The notes under the pieces were generated by a model. It did not search any database. It saw only the letters and a program-made list of their open reading frames with translations, and was not told the DNA's origin. This document shows, in pieces, positions 9,657-19,157 of a stretch of DNA of 64,000 nt. The position numbers and the translations under genes are program-made. Source of the stretch: Nitrospirota bacterium (lineage in GTDB: Bacteria; Nitrospirota; UBA9217). Location: the NCBI GenBank assembly GCA_029858565.1, contig JAOUEV010000007.1:44569-108568 (forward strand), read 5' to 3'. Each line of letters starts with the position of its first letter. The first letter of the stretch is position 1.

Positions 9657-12314
9657 GTGAACGTCAAGACAAAAGCGCTGGTCATGGTAAGCCTGCTCAT
9701 GCTGATCCTGGCGGGATTCTTCCTGGTCCAGGGGATCCTCGAACACAATCAGGACCTGGCAAGAGCGGTCAGCGATGAGGAAAAGACCATCGACGATACC
9801 TTCGCTGATATACAGCGTTACGCCTTCTCTCCCTATCGCGTCAGGATCAGGCAGATGATGCGAAATCGGCCGGAGATCGTCTCGGCTTTTGCCGACCGCG
9901 ACCGCGAGCGGCTCTATCGGCTAACGCTGCCACTGTATAAGGACCTGCGGGAAGCGAATGGGTATGTGCATGCCGTCGACTTCACCCTTCCCGACGGAAC
10001 GGTTTTTCTCCGCATGCAGAAGCCTCATGACCACGGCGACAAGATCAATCTGTCCCGCTCCATCATCCGGACGGTCCACGAAAAGAAGGAGCAGCAGGCG
10101 GGCTACGATGTGGGCAGGCACGGGCTCATGTACTGGGTGGCGCAGCCCCTGTTCGACGGGGCTCGCTATGTCGGTGCGGTCGAGATCGGTATTCACGTAA
10201 GCCAGCTTACCTTTGCCCTGGCGGACCGGTTCAGGACGGAAGTGACGACGGTCATCGAGCAGGAAGAGTGGCGGAAGGCAACGGGTGTCAAGGAGGGCTT
10301 CCGCCGGTTCGGCCGGTACGTCGTTATGATGAATAGCGGATCAATCTACACCCAGCTTCCCGATACCTTTGATTTCTCTCGCACCCAGGATTCCCGGATC
10401 CTGCTGAACGGCAAGCCACACGTGCTCCATATCTGTGCTGGTCTCCTGGATCACGAAGGGAAGCAGATCGGAAGCATTCTGGTGGCCCAGGACATCTCCG
10501 AGAAGATCGCAAACCGGCAGGAGTTTGTCCGGAACGCGGCCGCCGTCACGGTGACGTCGCTCGGTATTTCCTTTCTTTTTCTCTATTTCACTTTCGGCGG
10601 TCTGATCGGGAAATTCGAAGAGTATGCCAACGAGAACCGGCGCGCCAAGGAAGAGGTCGAGCAGGCGAACAGCGCGCTCGAGGCCCGCGTTCAGGAGCGG
10701 ACCGAGGACCTGGCTCGAGTGAACAACTCTCTGCAGGAACAGCACCGGTTCCTGCAAACGATCATCGAATCGATGACCCAGCCGTTCTACGTCATTGACG
10801 CTGAAACCTACCGGATCGTGCTGGCCAACAGCGCGGCATACGGGAACCTGGACCGTGCGGACGCGACCCTCACCTGCTACCGCATGACCCATCACCGGGA
10901 CAAACCCTGTTCCGGCGACGACCACCCCTGCGCGATCAAGGAAGTGAAACGGACGGGACGCCCGGCGGTGCTTGAGCATGTCCACATGGACCAGAACGGG
11001 GCAGAGCATATCAACGAGATCTATGCGTATCCGATCCAGGGCGCCGACGGCGCGATCCGGAACGTTATCGAATACTGCATCGATGTCACCGACCGCAGGA
11101 AGGCCGATGAGGAAAAGAAGAAGATGCTCGTGCAGCTCAACCAGATGCAGAAGATGGAGGCGATCGGCGCGCTTGCCGGCGGCATCGCGCACGATTTCAA
11201 TAATATCCTCGCTGCCATGCTGGGCTATGCGGATCTTGCGCGGCGAAGGACGTCGGAGGGGAGCGATACGCGGGACATGCTGTGCAAGGTCATCGAGGCA
11301 GGCGACCGCGCCAAGCTTCTGGTGCGCCAGATACTCTCGTTCAGCCGGCAGACCGATCAGCAGCTGACGCCGATCAAGGTCCAGGATGTCCTATACGAAG
11401 CATTGCGTCTCCTCCGCGCATCGATACCCTCGACCATCGAGTTGCGCCAGAACATCGACGATGGGTGCGATCACGTCCTTGCGGACCCGACCCAGATCCA
11501 TCAGATCATCATGAACCTTGGCACCAATGCCTACCAAGCCATGCGGGAAAAGGGCGGCGTGCTTGCGGTCAGTCTCCGGCCGGTGACTGTAGGCGGTGAC
11601 ACGCACCGCACCGCCAGCCTAGTGCTGCCGCCGGGCGAATATGTCAAGCTCGAGGTGAGCGACACCGGCCACGGTATGAAGCCGGAGATCATGAAGCGGA
11701 TCTTCGATCCCTACTTCACGACGAAGAAACCGGGCGAAGGCACCGGCATGGGCCTGGCAGTGGTCCACGGTATCGTCAAGAGCCATGGAGGCCAGGTCAC
11801 GGTTTATAGCGAGCCCGAGGTGGGAACGACCTTCAATGTATACCTGCCGCAGCTCAAGGCCGCCGAGCGGGCCGGGCATGCGCAGGAGACCGGACCGGCG
11901 GTCGAGCTGCTGCCCGGGGGTCATGAGCGCATCCTTTTCGTCGATGACGAGGTACAGATCGCAGCGATGGGTCGGCAGATGCTGGAAAATATGGGTTACC
12001 GGGTCGTCTCGTGCAACGACAGCCTTGAAGCGCTTCGCGTGTTCCAGGAGCGGCCCGATGCATTCGATCTGGTGATCACGGACATGACGATGCCGAACCT
12101 GACCGGCGCGGACCTGGCCAGGCAACTACTCGTCATCCGTCGTGACATTCCGATCATCCTCTGCACGGGTTTCAGCGAACTGATCAATGCTGATAAGGCT
12201 CGGGAGATCGGCATTCGGGAATACCTCATGAAGCCACTACTGGCCGGCGAGATTGCCAAAGCCGTACGGAAGGTCCTGTCGTCCGCGACCCAGCCGGGGG
12301 CCCCGATAGGGTAG
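9657..12314 (+). CDS. Hybrid sensor histidine kinase (Cache-TM-PAS-HisKA-HATPase-REC)
   Basis: GTG after GAAGGAGG; AHDFNNIL H-box, FDPYFTTK..GTGMGL, C-terminal VDDE..ITDMTMP receiver; Cys/His-rich PAS (CYRMTHHRDKPC..HPC). Confidence 0.92.
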   Translation: MNVKTKALVMVSLLMLILAGFFLVQGILEHNQDLARAVSDEEKTIDDTFADIQRYAFSPYRVRIRQMMRNRPEIVSAFADRDRERLYRLTLPLYKDLREANGYVHAVDFTLPDGTVFLRMQKPHDHGDKINLSRSIIRTVHEKKEQQAGYDVGRHGLMYWVAQPLFDGARYVGAVEIGIHVSQLTFALADRFRTEVTTVIEQEEWRKATGVKEGFRRFGRYVVMMNSGSIYTQLPDTFDFSRTQDSRILLNGKPHVLHICAGLLDHEGKQIGSILVAQDISEKIANRQEFVRNAAAVTVTSLGISFLFLYFTFGGLIGKFEEYANENRRAKEEVEQANSALEARVQERTEDLARVNNSLQEQHRFLQTIIESMTQPFYVIDAETYRIVLANSAAYGNLDRADATLTCYRMTHHRDKPCSGDDHPCAIKEVKRTGRPAVLEHVHMDQNGAEHINEIYAYPIQGADGAIRNVIEYCIDVTDRRKADEEKKKMLVQLNQMQKMEAIGALAGGIAHDFNNILAAMLGYADLARRRTSEGSDTRDMLCKVIEAGDRAKLLVRQILSFSRQTDQQLTPIKVQDVLYEALRLLRASIPSTIELRQNIDDGCDHVLADPTQIHQIIMNLGTNAYQAMREKGGVLAVSLRPVTVGGDTHRTASLVLPPGEYVKLEVSDTGHGMKPEIMKRIFDPYFTTKKPGEGTGMGLAVVHGIVKSHGGQVTVYSEPEVGTTFNVYLPQLKAAERAGHAQETGPAVELLPGGHERILFVDDEVQIAAMGRQMLENMGYRVVSCNDSLEALRVFQERPDAFDLVITDMTMPNLTGADLARQLLVIRRDIPIILCTGFSELINADKAREIGIREYLMKPLLAGEIAKAVRKVLSSATQPGAPIG

Positions 12315-12348
12315 CCGTGCTAAGACCGGGCGTGCCGGGGAGGATGCT

Positions 12349-13995
12349 ATGGAAGAACTGAAAAATAATCAGGACAGAGACCGAGCCGGCTGGCTGCAGC
12401 GGTACAAGAAAACGATCATCCTGTCCACGGTTCTCGTTCTCGCGGCCGTCATCGCCGTTGTCATGGTGTTCATCGGCGCAACGCTGCGGAGCCGGCTGAT
12501 CCAGGACAGCAGGATGAAAACAGAAGAGCTGGCCGGGGTGATCGAGCTGAGTCTTCGGCACCTGATGACCGCGCGGAATCCCGGGAAGATCCAGCAGTCG
12601 CTGGAAGTGATCAGCGCGGGCGGCTCTTCGATCGTGAATGCATTTATTCTCGACAACCAGGGGAGGATCGCCTATTCGTCAAGAACGAGCGATATCGGGG
12701 CGCGCATCGACCGGTTTTGCGAGCCTTCCTGCACCGGATGTCATGCCGGCGCCGCTACCCTTTCACAGGAGACCGCGACGTTATTGACAACGGACGGCGG
12801 GTCCTACCTGCGATGCGTCAAGGTCATTCGAAATAATGGCGCCTGTTTTGCGTGCCATCCCCCCTCGTCCCGCACGGTCGGAAAGCTGATCATCGACCGA
12901 TCCATGCTGCCGACCTCCCAGCTGATCACGGCGGTCATGCTTATTCTGGCAATCTCGGGGGTGCTCTCGCTTGCCGTCCTCGTTCCCTTCATTGTCAAGT
13001 TCCTCTCCCGGGGCGTGGATAAATACATATCCGAGATCCTGTTCAAGTCGTCCGAGCTCTCCATGCTTTATGCGATCGTCAAGCGCTTGAGCAAGACGAT
13101 CGAGCTGGAAGAGCTGAAGCAGGTGGTGATCGACATAGTCCGCGACCTGTACCGCGCCGACGAGGTCCATATCCTGCTGCCCAAGGGCGGCAAGGAGTAC
13201 GGCGGCGTTTTCTGGAGCAATAAGGATAACAAGATCGATCGCCGGGTCGTGCCCGACCAGGACCCCTATCGCGACCTTATCCTCGACTGGCTTGACGGCG
13301 GCCTGCTGCAGGAACGGCTTGTCGACGGAGGGCGGACGGTCGTCATCCCTCTTGAGAAGGGCGGCACACGACTTGGGATGATCATCGCAACACGGTCCGA
13401 CAGGTTGTTCAACGACCACGATCTTGAACTGGTCCGGGCCATGGGGAGCCATATATCCGTCGCCCTGGAAAACGCTTCGCTCTATCGTATCGCCATCACG
13501 GACGAGCTGACGGGCCTTTATTCCAAGCGGCACTTCCGCACCATGATCGAGAAGAAATTCGAGCTGTACGAGAAATACGGAGAAAAGCTGACGCTCCTCA
13601 TTCTGGACATCGATGATTTCAAGAAAGTGAATGACACCTACGGACATCCGGCGGGAGATAGCATCCTGCGCGAAGTGGCTTCCCGCGTTATGAACACCAC
13701 CCGCGAGGGGGACCTTGATTTTCGCTACGGTGGCGAGGAGTTCATCGTACTTCTGCCCGCGACAGCCGATGCGGGAGGGGTCTATGTGGCAGAGCGGATA
13801 TGCGAGCAGATCAACAGCGCCGGCTTTGATATCGGGGAAACGAGACTTCGTATCACCGTCAGCATCGGCGTGGCATGCGTTCCGGAACATGCGGTGACCA
13901 TCCGCGATCTGGTGAGCGAGGCGGACAAGGCGCTGTACGAAGCGAAAAAAACGGGAAAAAACCGGGTCGTGTTGAGCCGGAATCGGCCGGTGTAG
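12349..13995 (+). CDS. Diguanylate cyclase with periplasmic diheme c sensor, GAF and GGDEF domains
   Basis: Two TM helices flank CTGCH and CFACH; ITDELTGL, REGD I-site, RYGGEEF, ADKALYEAK. Confidence 0.9.
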   Translation: MEELKNNQDRDRAGWLQRYKKTIILSTVLVLAAVIAVVMVFIGATLRSRLIQDSRMKTEELAGVIELSLRHLMTARNPGKIQQSLEVISAGGSSIVNAFILDNQGRIAYSSRTSDIGARIDRFCEPSCTGCHAGAATLSQETATLLTTDGGSYLRCVKVIRNNGACFACHPPSSRTVGKLIIDRSMLPTSQLITAVMLILAISGVLSLAVLVPFIVKFLSRGVDKYISEILFKSSELSMLYAIVKRLSKTIELEELKQVVIDIVRDLYRADEVHILLPKGGKEYGGVFWSNKDNKIDRRVVPDQDPYRDLILDWLDGGLLQERLVDGGRTVVIPLEKGGTRLGMIIATRSDRLFNDHDLELVRAMGSHISVALENASLYRIAITDELTGLYSKRHFRTMIEKKFELYEKYGEKLTLLILDIDDFKKVNDTYGHPAGDSILREVASRVMNTTREGDLDFRYGGEEFIVLLPATADAGGVYVAERICEQINSAGFDIGETRLRITVSIGVACVPEHAVTIRDLVSEADKALYEAKKTGKNRVVLSRNRPV

Positions 13996-14205
13996 TCCCC
14001 TCGGCCTTGACATGCACAGTATCGCAGCAGAACCAGCTTGCCCGTCGCCGGGAGGGGGTCCCGTCGATGCCGTCATTCGGATCGTTAACACAGCATTTTA
14101 TCAGCATCATCGTGGCCAACTCTTGCGCAGTATCTTTGATGACCTCATGTCGGGGAGGAAATTACGCAGGGGAATTCCGTGATCTGATGGGGAGAGGGAG
14201 AATGC

Positions 14206-14807
14206 ATGTTGGAAGAAACGGGAATAAATGCAGTGTTGGACAGGATCTTTTTTATCACCGAACGCGTTGTTGCTCTTGACAGTATCGACGATATCTTCGA
14301 TCACGTTGTCAGGACCGCCGTCCAGATCACCAACTCGGAGGCGGGTACGATACGGATGTTCGATCATGGTACAGGCCTGCTCAAGATCGTCAAGGGATAC
14401 GGCGTGTCGACCGGTTTCCTATCGCAGCCGGCCGTCAGGATCGGAGAGGGGATCGCCGGACGGGTGGTGCTCCAGGGACGTCCCTATGCAACGGTCAATA
14501 TCACAAAGACCCCCTATAGCGTGAACAAGGAATTCGCGAGACCGGAGGGGATCAAGAGCTTGATGAGCGTGCCGCTCAAATCGAGGGGTGTGACGCTGGG
14601 ATGCATCACGGTCTGCCGCAAGAAGGCTGACGGCTTTTCCGAGCAAGAGCTGATCATGCTCAGCATCTTTTCAGCGCAAGCTGCTGAAGCCATGGAGAAG
14701 ATGCAGCTGATAGTTTCGGTCTGCTCAGAAAAGCGGATAACGCCATGTATGCTGCCAAGCGAGCGGGAAAGAACCGTGTCCTGCCCTGCAGCGCCGGTGA
14801 GGGATAA
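14206..14807 (+). pseudogene. GAF-GGDEF gene with internal deletion and frameshift
   Basis: Intact GAF to ~14709; a different frame from 14709 reads DSFGLLRKADNAMYAAKRAGKNRV..* (TAA 14805-07), the C-terminal helix of a GGDEF domain; the catalytic core is missing. Confidence 0.8.
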
Positions 14808-14892
14808 TAGGCCATTGCAGCGGTCGTTGCATGTCGCGTGGCGCGAACCGCCGGCAGAAACTACTGCCGGCGGTTCTGTTTCAGATGACGGA

Positions 14893-15252
14893 TCAGGGCC
14901 TTGTGTCCATTCCGGGCTGTCCCGGCTGCTGACCGCGCGGACCGCTGCGGAACTGTCCACCTTGTCCGCCCATCGGACCCATGGGGGGCTCGGGCCGGCA
15001 CTTTCGGAGCTCGTCGGCGGTCTTGGATGCCTCGACACATGCCTTTTCCTGCGCCAATCGGGTGCTGCGCTCCTCGAGCATGGAGAGTACCCGTGCCTTC
15101 ATCTCTGCGAACTGCTCGGGTGTGATCTCCCTAGCGCCCTTGTCGTGCATCATGGGCGCGCTTCCTCCTCCGGCCCGCTGCTGTGCAGGAGCGGGTCCCG
15201 CAAGCATGACCACCAACAGCGCACTACAGACAACCATAACAAGATATCTCAT
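14893..15252 (-). CDS. Small exported hypothetical protein (helical core, G/P/M/Q-rich tails)
   Basis: AAGGAGG RBS; signal peptide ending APA; two Cys. Confidence 0.75.
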   Translation of the reverse strand: MRYLVMVVCSALLVVMLAGPAPAQQRAGGGSAPMMHDKGAREITPEQFAEMKARVLSMLEERSTRLAQEKACVEASKTADELRKCRPEPPMGPMGGQGGQFRSGPRGQQPGQPGMDTRP

Positions 15253-15557
15253 GATTCTTTCCTCCTTGCGTACCGGAAATGTTCAGATCCTCTGAAATAT
15301 ATGACACGGTGAACAAGTAAAAGTTAAAGTTGCCGTGTTGAAGTAACAGATCATCCCGTTCCAGCAAGTATACCCCAAAAATACCCTTTCGGCTTTCTTG
15401 TAATCCCCTGACGCCGCCGCTAATATGTGTTGCGACCATGGTCTTTTCCCGGTCGCGCGCTGGCAATCGTTGCGATATCTTGTAATGATCGTCCGGTCCT
15501 GTTCACGGCGAGCGATCATAGACGGGAAAAGCGGTTCTGAAAGCGAGCGAAGGCGAC

Positions 15558-18239
15558 ATGCGGAGCAAGCTGTCTGACGCGGTTCTTGATCCGATCTACC
15601 GAAAGTACACACTCCTGGCGCTCCTGGGATGGACCCTTCTTGTTGCGCTCCTCCTGGCCTACGTTATCATCGAGCATCGTCAGCAGGATATCTCTATTCT
15701 GGCCAATCAGGCCCGGGCGTCGTTCTCCAAGGACCTGCTCTACCGGCGCTGGAATGCGAGGCTCGGCGGCGTGTACGCGCCGGTTTCCGACGAGCTTCGT
15801 CCCAATCCCTATCTCGCACACGTTCCCGAACGGGACATCACAACGTCTTCGGGCAGGAAGCTTACGCTTGTCAATCCCTCCTACATGACCAGGCAGGTCC
15901 ATGAACTGCAGCTGCGGGACGACGGGACCGTCAGCCATATCACGAGCCTTCGCCCGCTTCGTCCGGAGAACGCGCCTGATCCCTGGGAAAGAAAAGCTCT
16001 GGAACAATTCAACCGCGGCGACAGGGAGGTTGTCTCAGTGGAGCAGGTGGGAGGGGAAGAACATCTTCGACTGATGCGGCCGCTCCGGACCGAGGCGCCC
16101 TGTCTTGCCTGCCATGCCCTCCAGGGCTACCGCGTGGGTGATGTCCTAGGCGGGATCAGCGTTACTCTGCCCGTCAAGGCCGGCTGGCTCCAGCATGACA
16201 AAGACCTCATCGAGCCGCTGATCGTCTTCGGCACCATGTGGCTGGCAGGCATCGCGGTCATCGCGGCCGGCTCGGCGAAATTGTCCCTCAGGTCCCGGGC
16301 GCTCCGTGACAGCGAGGTGCGGTATCGAACGTTGTTCGATACGATCCAGGACGGCATCTTCCAGGTCGATGAACAGCGGAACATCCGGTTCATCAATCCC
16401 GCGGGAGCCCGCATGCTCGGATACGGGCGTCCGGATGAAGCTGTCGGCGCTCCCCTGTCGCGTCACTGGCAGGATTATCAGGACTACGTATCCTATGAGA
16501 ATGACCTGGCAAAGCAGAAGCGGCTTGCGTTGCTCCTGGTCAATGCCGTCCGACTGGACGGAAGCAGGGCCATCTTCGAGCTAACCGCTCGGGCCCTGGA
16601 ATCGGCCGACGGTGCCGTGAGCGGCCAGGAGGGTATCTTCCGCGATATCACGGCCCGGATCGAAGCGGGGATCAAGGCGCAGGAGTTATCGAAGACCATG
16701 CGGGAGATCCTTGATCACGCGCCATTCGGGATCTACCTGGTCGGTGAAGGTGGCGTCATAGAGTATGTCAATCCTGCAATGCTCGCCATCGCCGGTGACA
16801 ATTATGAGCAGTTCACCGAGATGAACGTTCTGGAGTTCCCCAACTACCGGGCCATCGGTCTCTCCGACCGCATAGAGAAGGCATTTTCCGGAGAATACTT
16901 CCGGATGGAGCACATCGAGTATGTCTCCTATTTCGGGAACCGGCGCTCGATACGCAACTTTATCGGGATTCCGATCACTGAACGGGGCGGGCGGAAGGTG
17001 TTGATGATCGTCGAAGACATTACGCACCGGGTGACCGCCGAAGAACGGCATGAGAAGCTGCGCGAGCAGCTTGTCCAGGCCCAGAAGATAGAATCCCTTG
17101 GACGGCTTGCGGGGGGAGTTGCTCACGACTTCAACAACATCCTGTCCGCGATCATAGGCTACAGCGACCTTGCCCTTCGCAAGCTGCCTGAGGACGCCCC
17201 GGTCGCAAAGGATATCAGGATCATCCGCTCATCAGGCGAACGTGCGGCCCAGGTGGCCCATCAGCTCCTGGCATTCAGCCGGAAACAGGTGCTGGAGATG
17301 CGCATTGTGGATGTTAACGCGCTGGTTGCCAATCTGGCAAAGATGCTGTCCCGACTGATCGGAGAGGATATCACATTCCGGATCCTGAATGGGACCGCGG
17401 CCCTGAACGTTCACGCCGATCCCACTCAGGTGGAGCAGGTTATTATCAATCTGATGGTCAACGCCCGTGATGCCATGCCCAAGGGGGGAGAGTTGATCCT
17501 GGAGACCGGGTTAACAGAACTGACGGAAGCCGACGCACAGGAGCACCGGGAGATCGTTCCCGGCCGCTACGTACGAATAGCAGTCACGGATACAGGCGTG
17601 GGCATGCCGAAAGCGGTGCAGGATCGGATCTTCGAACCCTTCTTCACGACCAAGGAGATCGGCAAAGGGACCGGATTGGGTTTGGCAACGGTTTACGGCA
17701 TCGTGAAGCAGCATAAGGGATATATATATGTTGCCAGCGAACCGCATAAGGGATCGACATTCACGGTCTATCTGCCGACAGAGATGACTGCCGGTGTTTC
17801 CGGAGTACGCGAGGAACGGTCCGTAGAACTGCCCTGCGGCTCCGGCGCAGTGCTGGTGGTAGAGGACGATGAATCGGTACGCAGCCTGGTCGGAGAGATG
17901 ATCGGGACGCTCGGCTATACGCCGATCATCGCACGGGACAGTCTGGAGGCGCTTGAGATCGTGGAGAAGGACCTGCGCCCGATCGAACTGCTGCTGACCG
18001 ATGTGGTGATGCCGATCATGAACGGGAAGGACCTGTCCGACCTTATCCGGTCAAAGCGGCCGGACATCCGAACGGTCTTCATGTCAGGATACACCGAGGA
18101 AGTGATCAGCAGGCATGGAATGCTCGATCCCGGAATCCTGTTCATCCAGAAGCCGGTCACCCCGGCCAAGCTCGCGGCCAAGCTTTCCGAGGCTCTGCAG
18201 CCGGTGCCGAGGGACCAGCCTTCCCATGGATCTTCCTGA
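15558..18239 (+). CDS. Hybrid histidine kinase with DUF3365-like c-type heme sensor, 2 PAS, HisKA/HATPase, REC
   Basis: GGVY..PNPYL, NPSYMTRQ, SLRPLRPENAPDPWE and CLACH in the periplasmic part; AHDFNNIL; GTGLGL; VEDD..TDVVMP. Confidence 0.92.
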   Translation: MRSKLSDAVLDPIYRKYTLLALLGWTLLVALLLAYVIIEHRQQDISILANQARASFSKDLLYRRWNARLGGVYAPVSDELRPNPYLAHVPERDITTSSGRKLTLVNPSYMTRQVHELQLRDDGTVSHITSLRPLRPENAPDPWERKALEQFNRGDREVVSVEQVGGEEHLRLMRPLRTEAPCLACHALQGYRVGDVLGGISVTLPVKAGWLQHDKDLIEPLIVFGTMWLAGIAVIAAGSAKLSLRSRALRDSEVRYRTLFDTIQDGIFQVDEQRNIRFINPAGARMLGYGRPDEAVGAPLSRHWQDYQDYVSYENDLAKQKRLALLLVNAVRLDGSRAIFELTARALESADGAVSGQEGIFRDITARIEAGIKAQELSKTMREILDHAPFGIYLVGEGGVIEYVNPAMLAIAGDNYEQFTEMNVLEFPNYRAIGLSDRIEKAFSGEYFRMEHIEYVSYFGNRRSIRNFIGIPITERGGRKVLMIVEDITHRVTAEERHEKLREQLVQAQKIESLGRLAGGVAHDFNNILSAIIGYSDLALRKLPEDAPVAKDIRIIRSSGERAAQVAHQLLAFSRKQVLEMRIVDVNALVANLAKMLSRLIGEDITFRILNGTAALNVHADPTQVEQVIINLMVNARDAMPKGGELILETGLTELTEADAQEHREIVPGRYVRIAVTDTGVGMPKAVQDRIFEPFFTTKEIGKGTGLGLATVYGIVKQHKGYIYVASEPHKGSTFTVYLPTEMTAGVSGVREERSVELPCGSGAVLVVEDDESVRSLVGEMIGTLGYTPIIARDSLEALEIVEKDLRPIELLLTDVVMPIMNGKDLSDLIRSKRPDIRTVFMSGYTEEVISRHGMLDPGILFIQKPVTPAKLAAKLSEALQPVPRDQPSHGSS

Positions 18240-18403
18240 TCCCGCCGGATTCTTCATCCTGTTCGTTGCAGGTCATTTGTGTCGCTCCCATGGTTTGTCA
18301 GGTCGGGGAGAATACTTTGCCAGCCATGTCATGCTATGGCGGTGGGTGACAATAGAGATTAATAATTCGCGTATGAATTTTTTTTATGCTATTTTATCTT
18401 GAT

Positions 18404-18433
18404 TTTTGAATAGCATGTTGCTAGTATTCAAAA
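18404..18433. promoter_or_regulatory. Candidate operator (inverted repeat) upstream of the nuoEFG-like/cooS operon
   Basis: TTTTGAATA-12 nt-TATTCAAAA in an AT-rich intergenic region. Confidence 0.4.
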
Positions 18434-18668
18434 CTTGTCACATCCGCTTTTCAAGTTGCTAAATGTGAATTGAAGTAACATAAAATTCTATTTGGTAACA
18501 TAAATAAATTGCTCTTTAAATACAGCTAGTTATCATCGGTACGCGAATCTTCATTTTGTATTCATGTAGTCCGCACTTCATTCACCAGATCAAGGTTACC
18601 AGTTCCCCCTGATATTCCGAATGACGGGAAAGGTGTCTTTTCAGGGCAGAACGAGGGAGGTCTTAGCC

Positions 18669-19157
18669 GTGCTCGAACAAGCGGAAGTCAAATCCATCGA
18701 CGCTATTTTGAACGATGCCCAGGGCCAGCGGGGCATGCTGATCGCTGTTCTGCAGAAGGTGCAGGAAAAGGTCGGCTATCTTCCCGAGGACGCCATGCAG
18801 ATGATCTCGGACCGGCTCGAGCTGTCCTTTTCCCAGGTCTACGGTGTGGCGTCGTTCTATAAACATTTCCATTTCAAACCCCGAGGGAAGAAGATCGTCA
18901 AGGTCTGCATGGGCACGGCCTGCCACGTGCGCGGCGCCAAGGCCGTGCTGAACGAGCTCGAGTCCAAGCTCGGGGTCAAGGAAGGCGAGACCACCGCGGA
19001 CCGGTCCGTGACGCTCGAGACCGTGGGCTGCGTGGGCTGCTGCGCCCTGGCCCCGGTGCTCACGGTGAACGACCAGGACCTCTATGGCGAGCTGACGCCC
19101 AAAATGGTGGACGATATCATCGGAACGGTGAGGAGCGAACATGGAACTCACGTTTAA
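18669..19157 (+). CDS. NuoE/HydC-like [2Fe-2S] subunit
   Basis: VASFYKHF, CMGTACHVRG, CVGCC..APV; GTG after AGGGAGG. Confidence 0.92.
   Translation: MLEQAEVKSIDAILNDAQGQRGMLIAVLQKVQEKVGYLPEDAMQMISDRLELSFSQVYGVASFYKHFHFKPRGKKIVKVCMGTACHVRGAKAVLNELESKLGVKEGETTADRSVTLETVGCVGCCALAPVLTVNDQDLYGELTPKMVDDIIGTVRSEHGTHV

Noticed and set aside
14113-14127. Possible sigma54 promoter TGGCCAACTCTTGC (similar TGGCAATCGTTGC near 15461)
   Set aside because: GG-to-GC spacing is 9 (or 8) nt rather than the required 10.
14710-15312. C-terminal half of the 368-aa ORF 14206..15312
   Set aside because: Out-of-frame read-through after the deletion; it overlaps a better-supported minus-strand gene that has an RBS and signal peptide.
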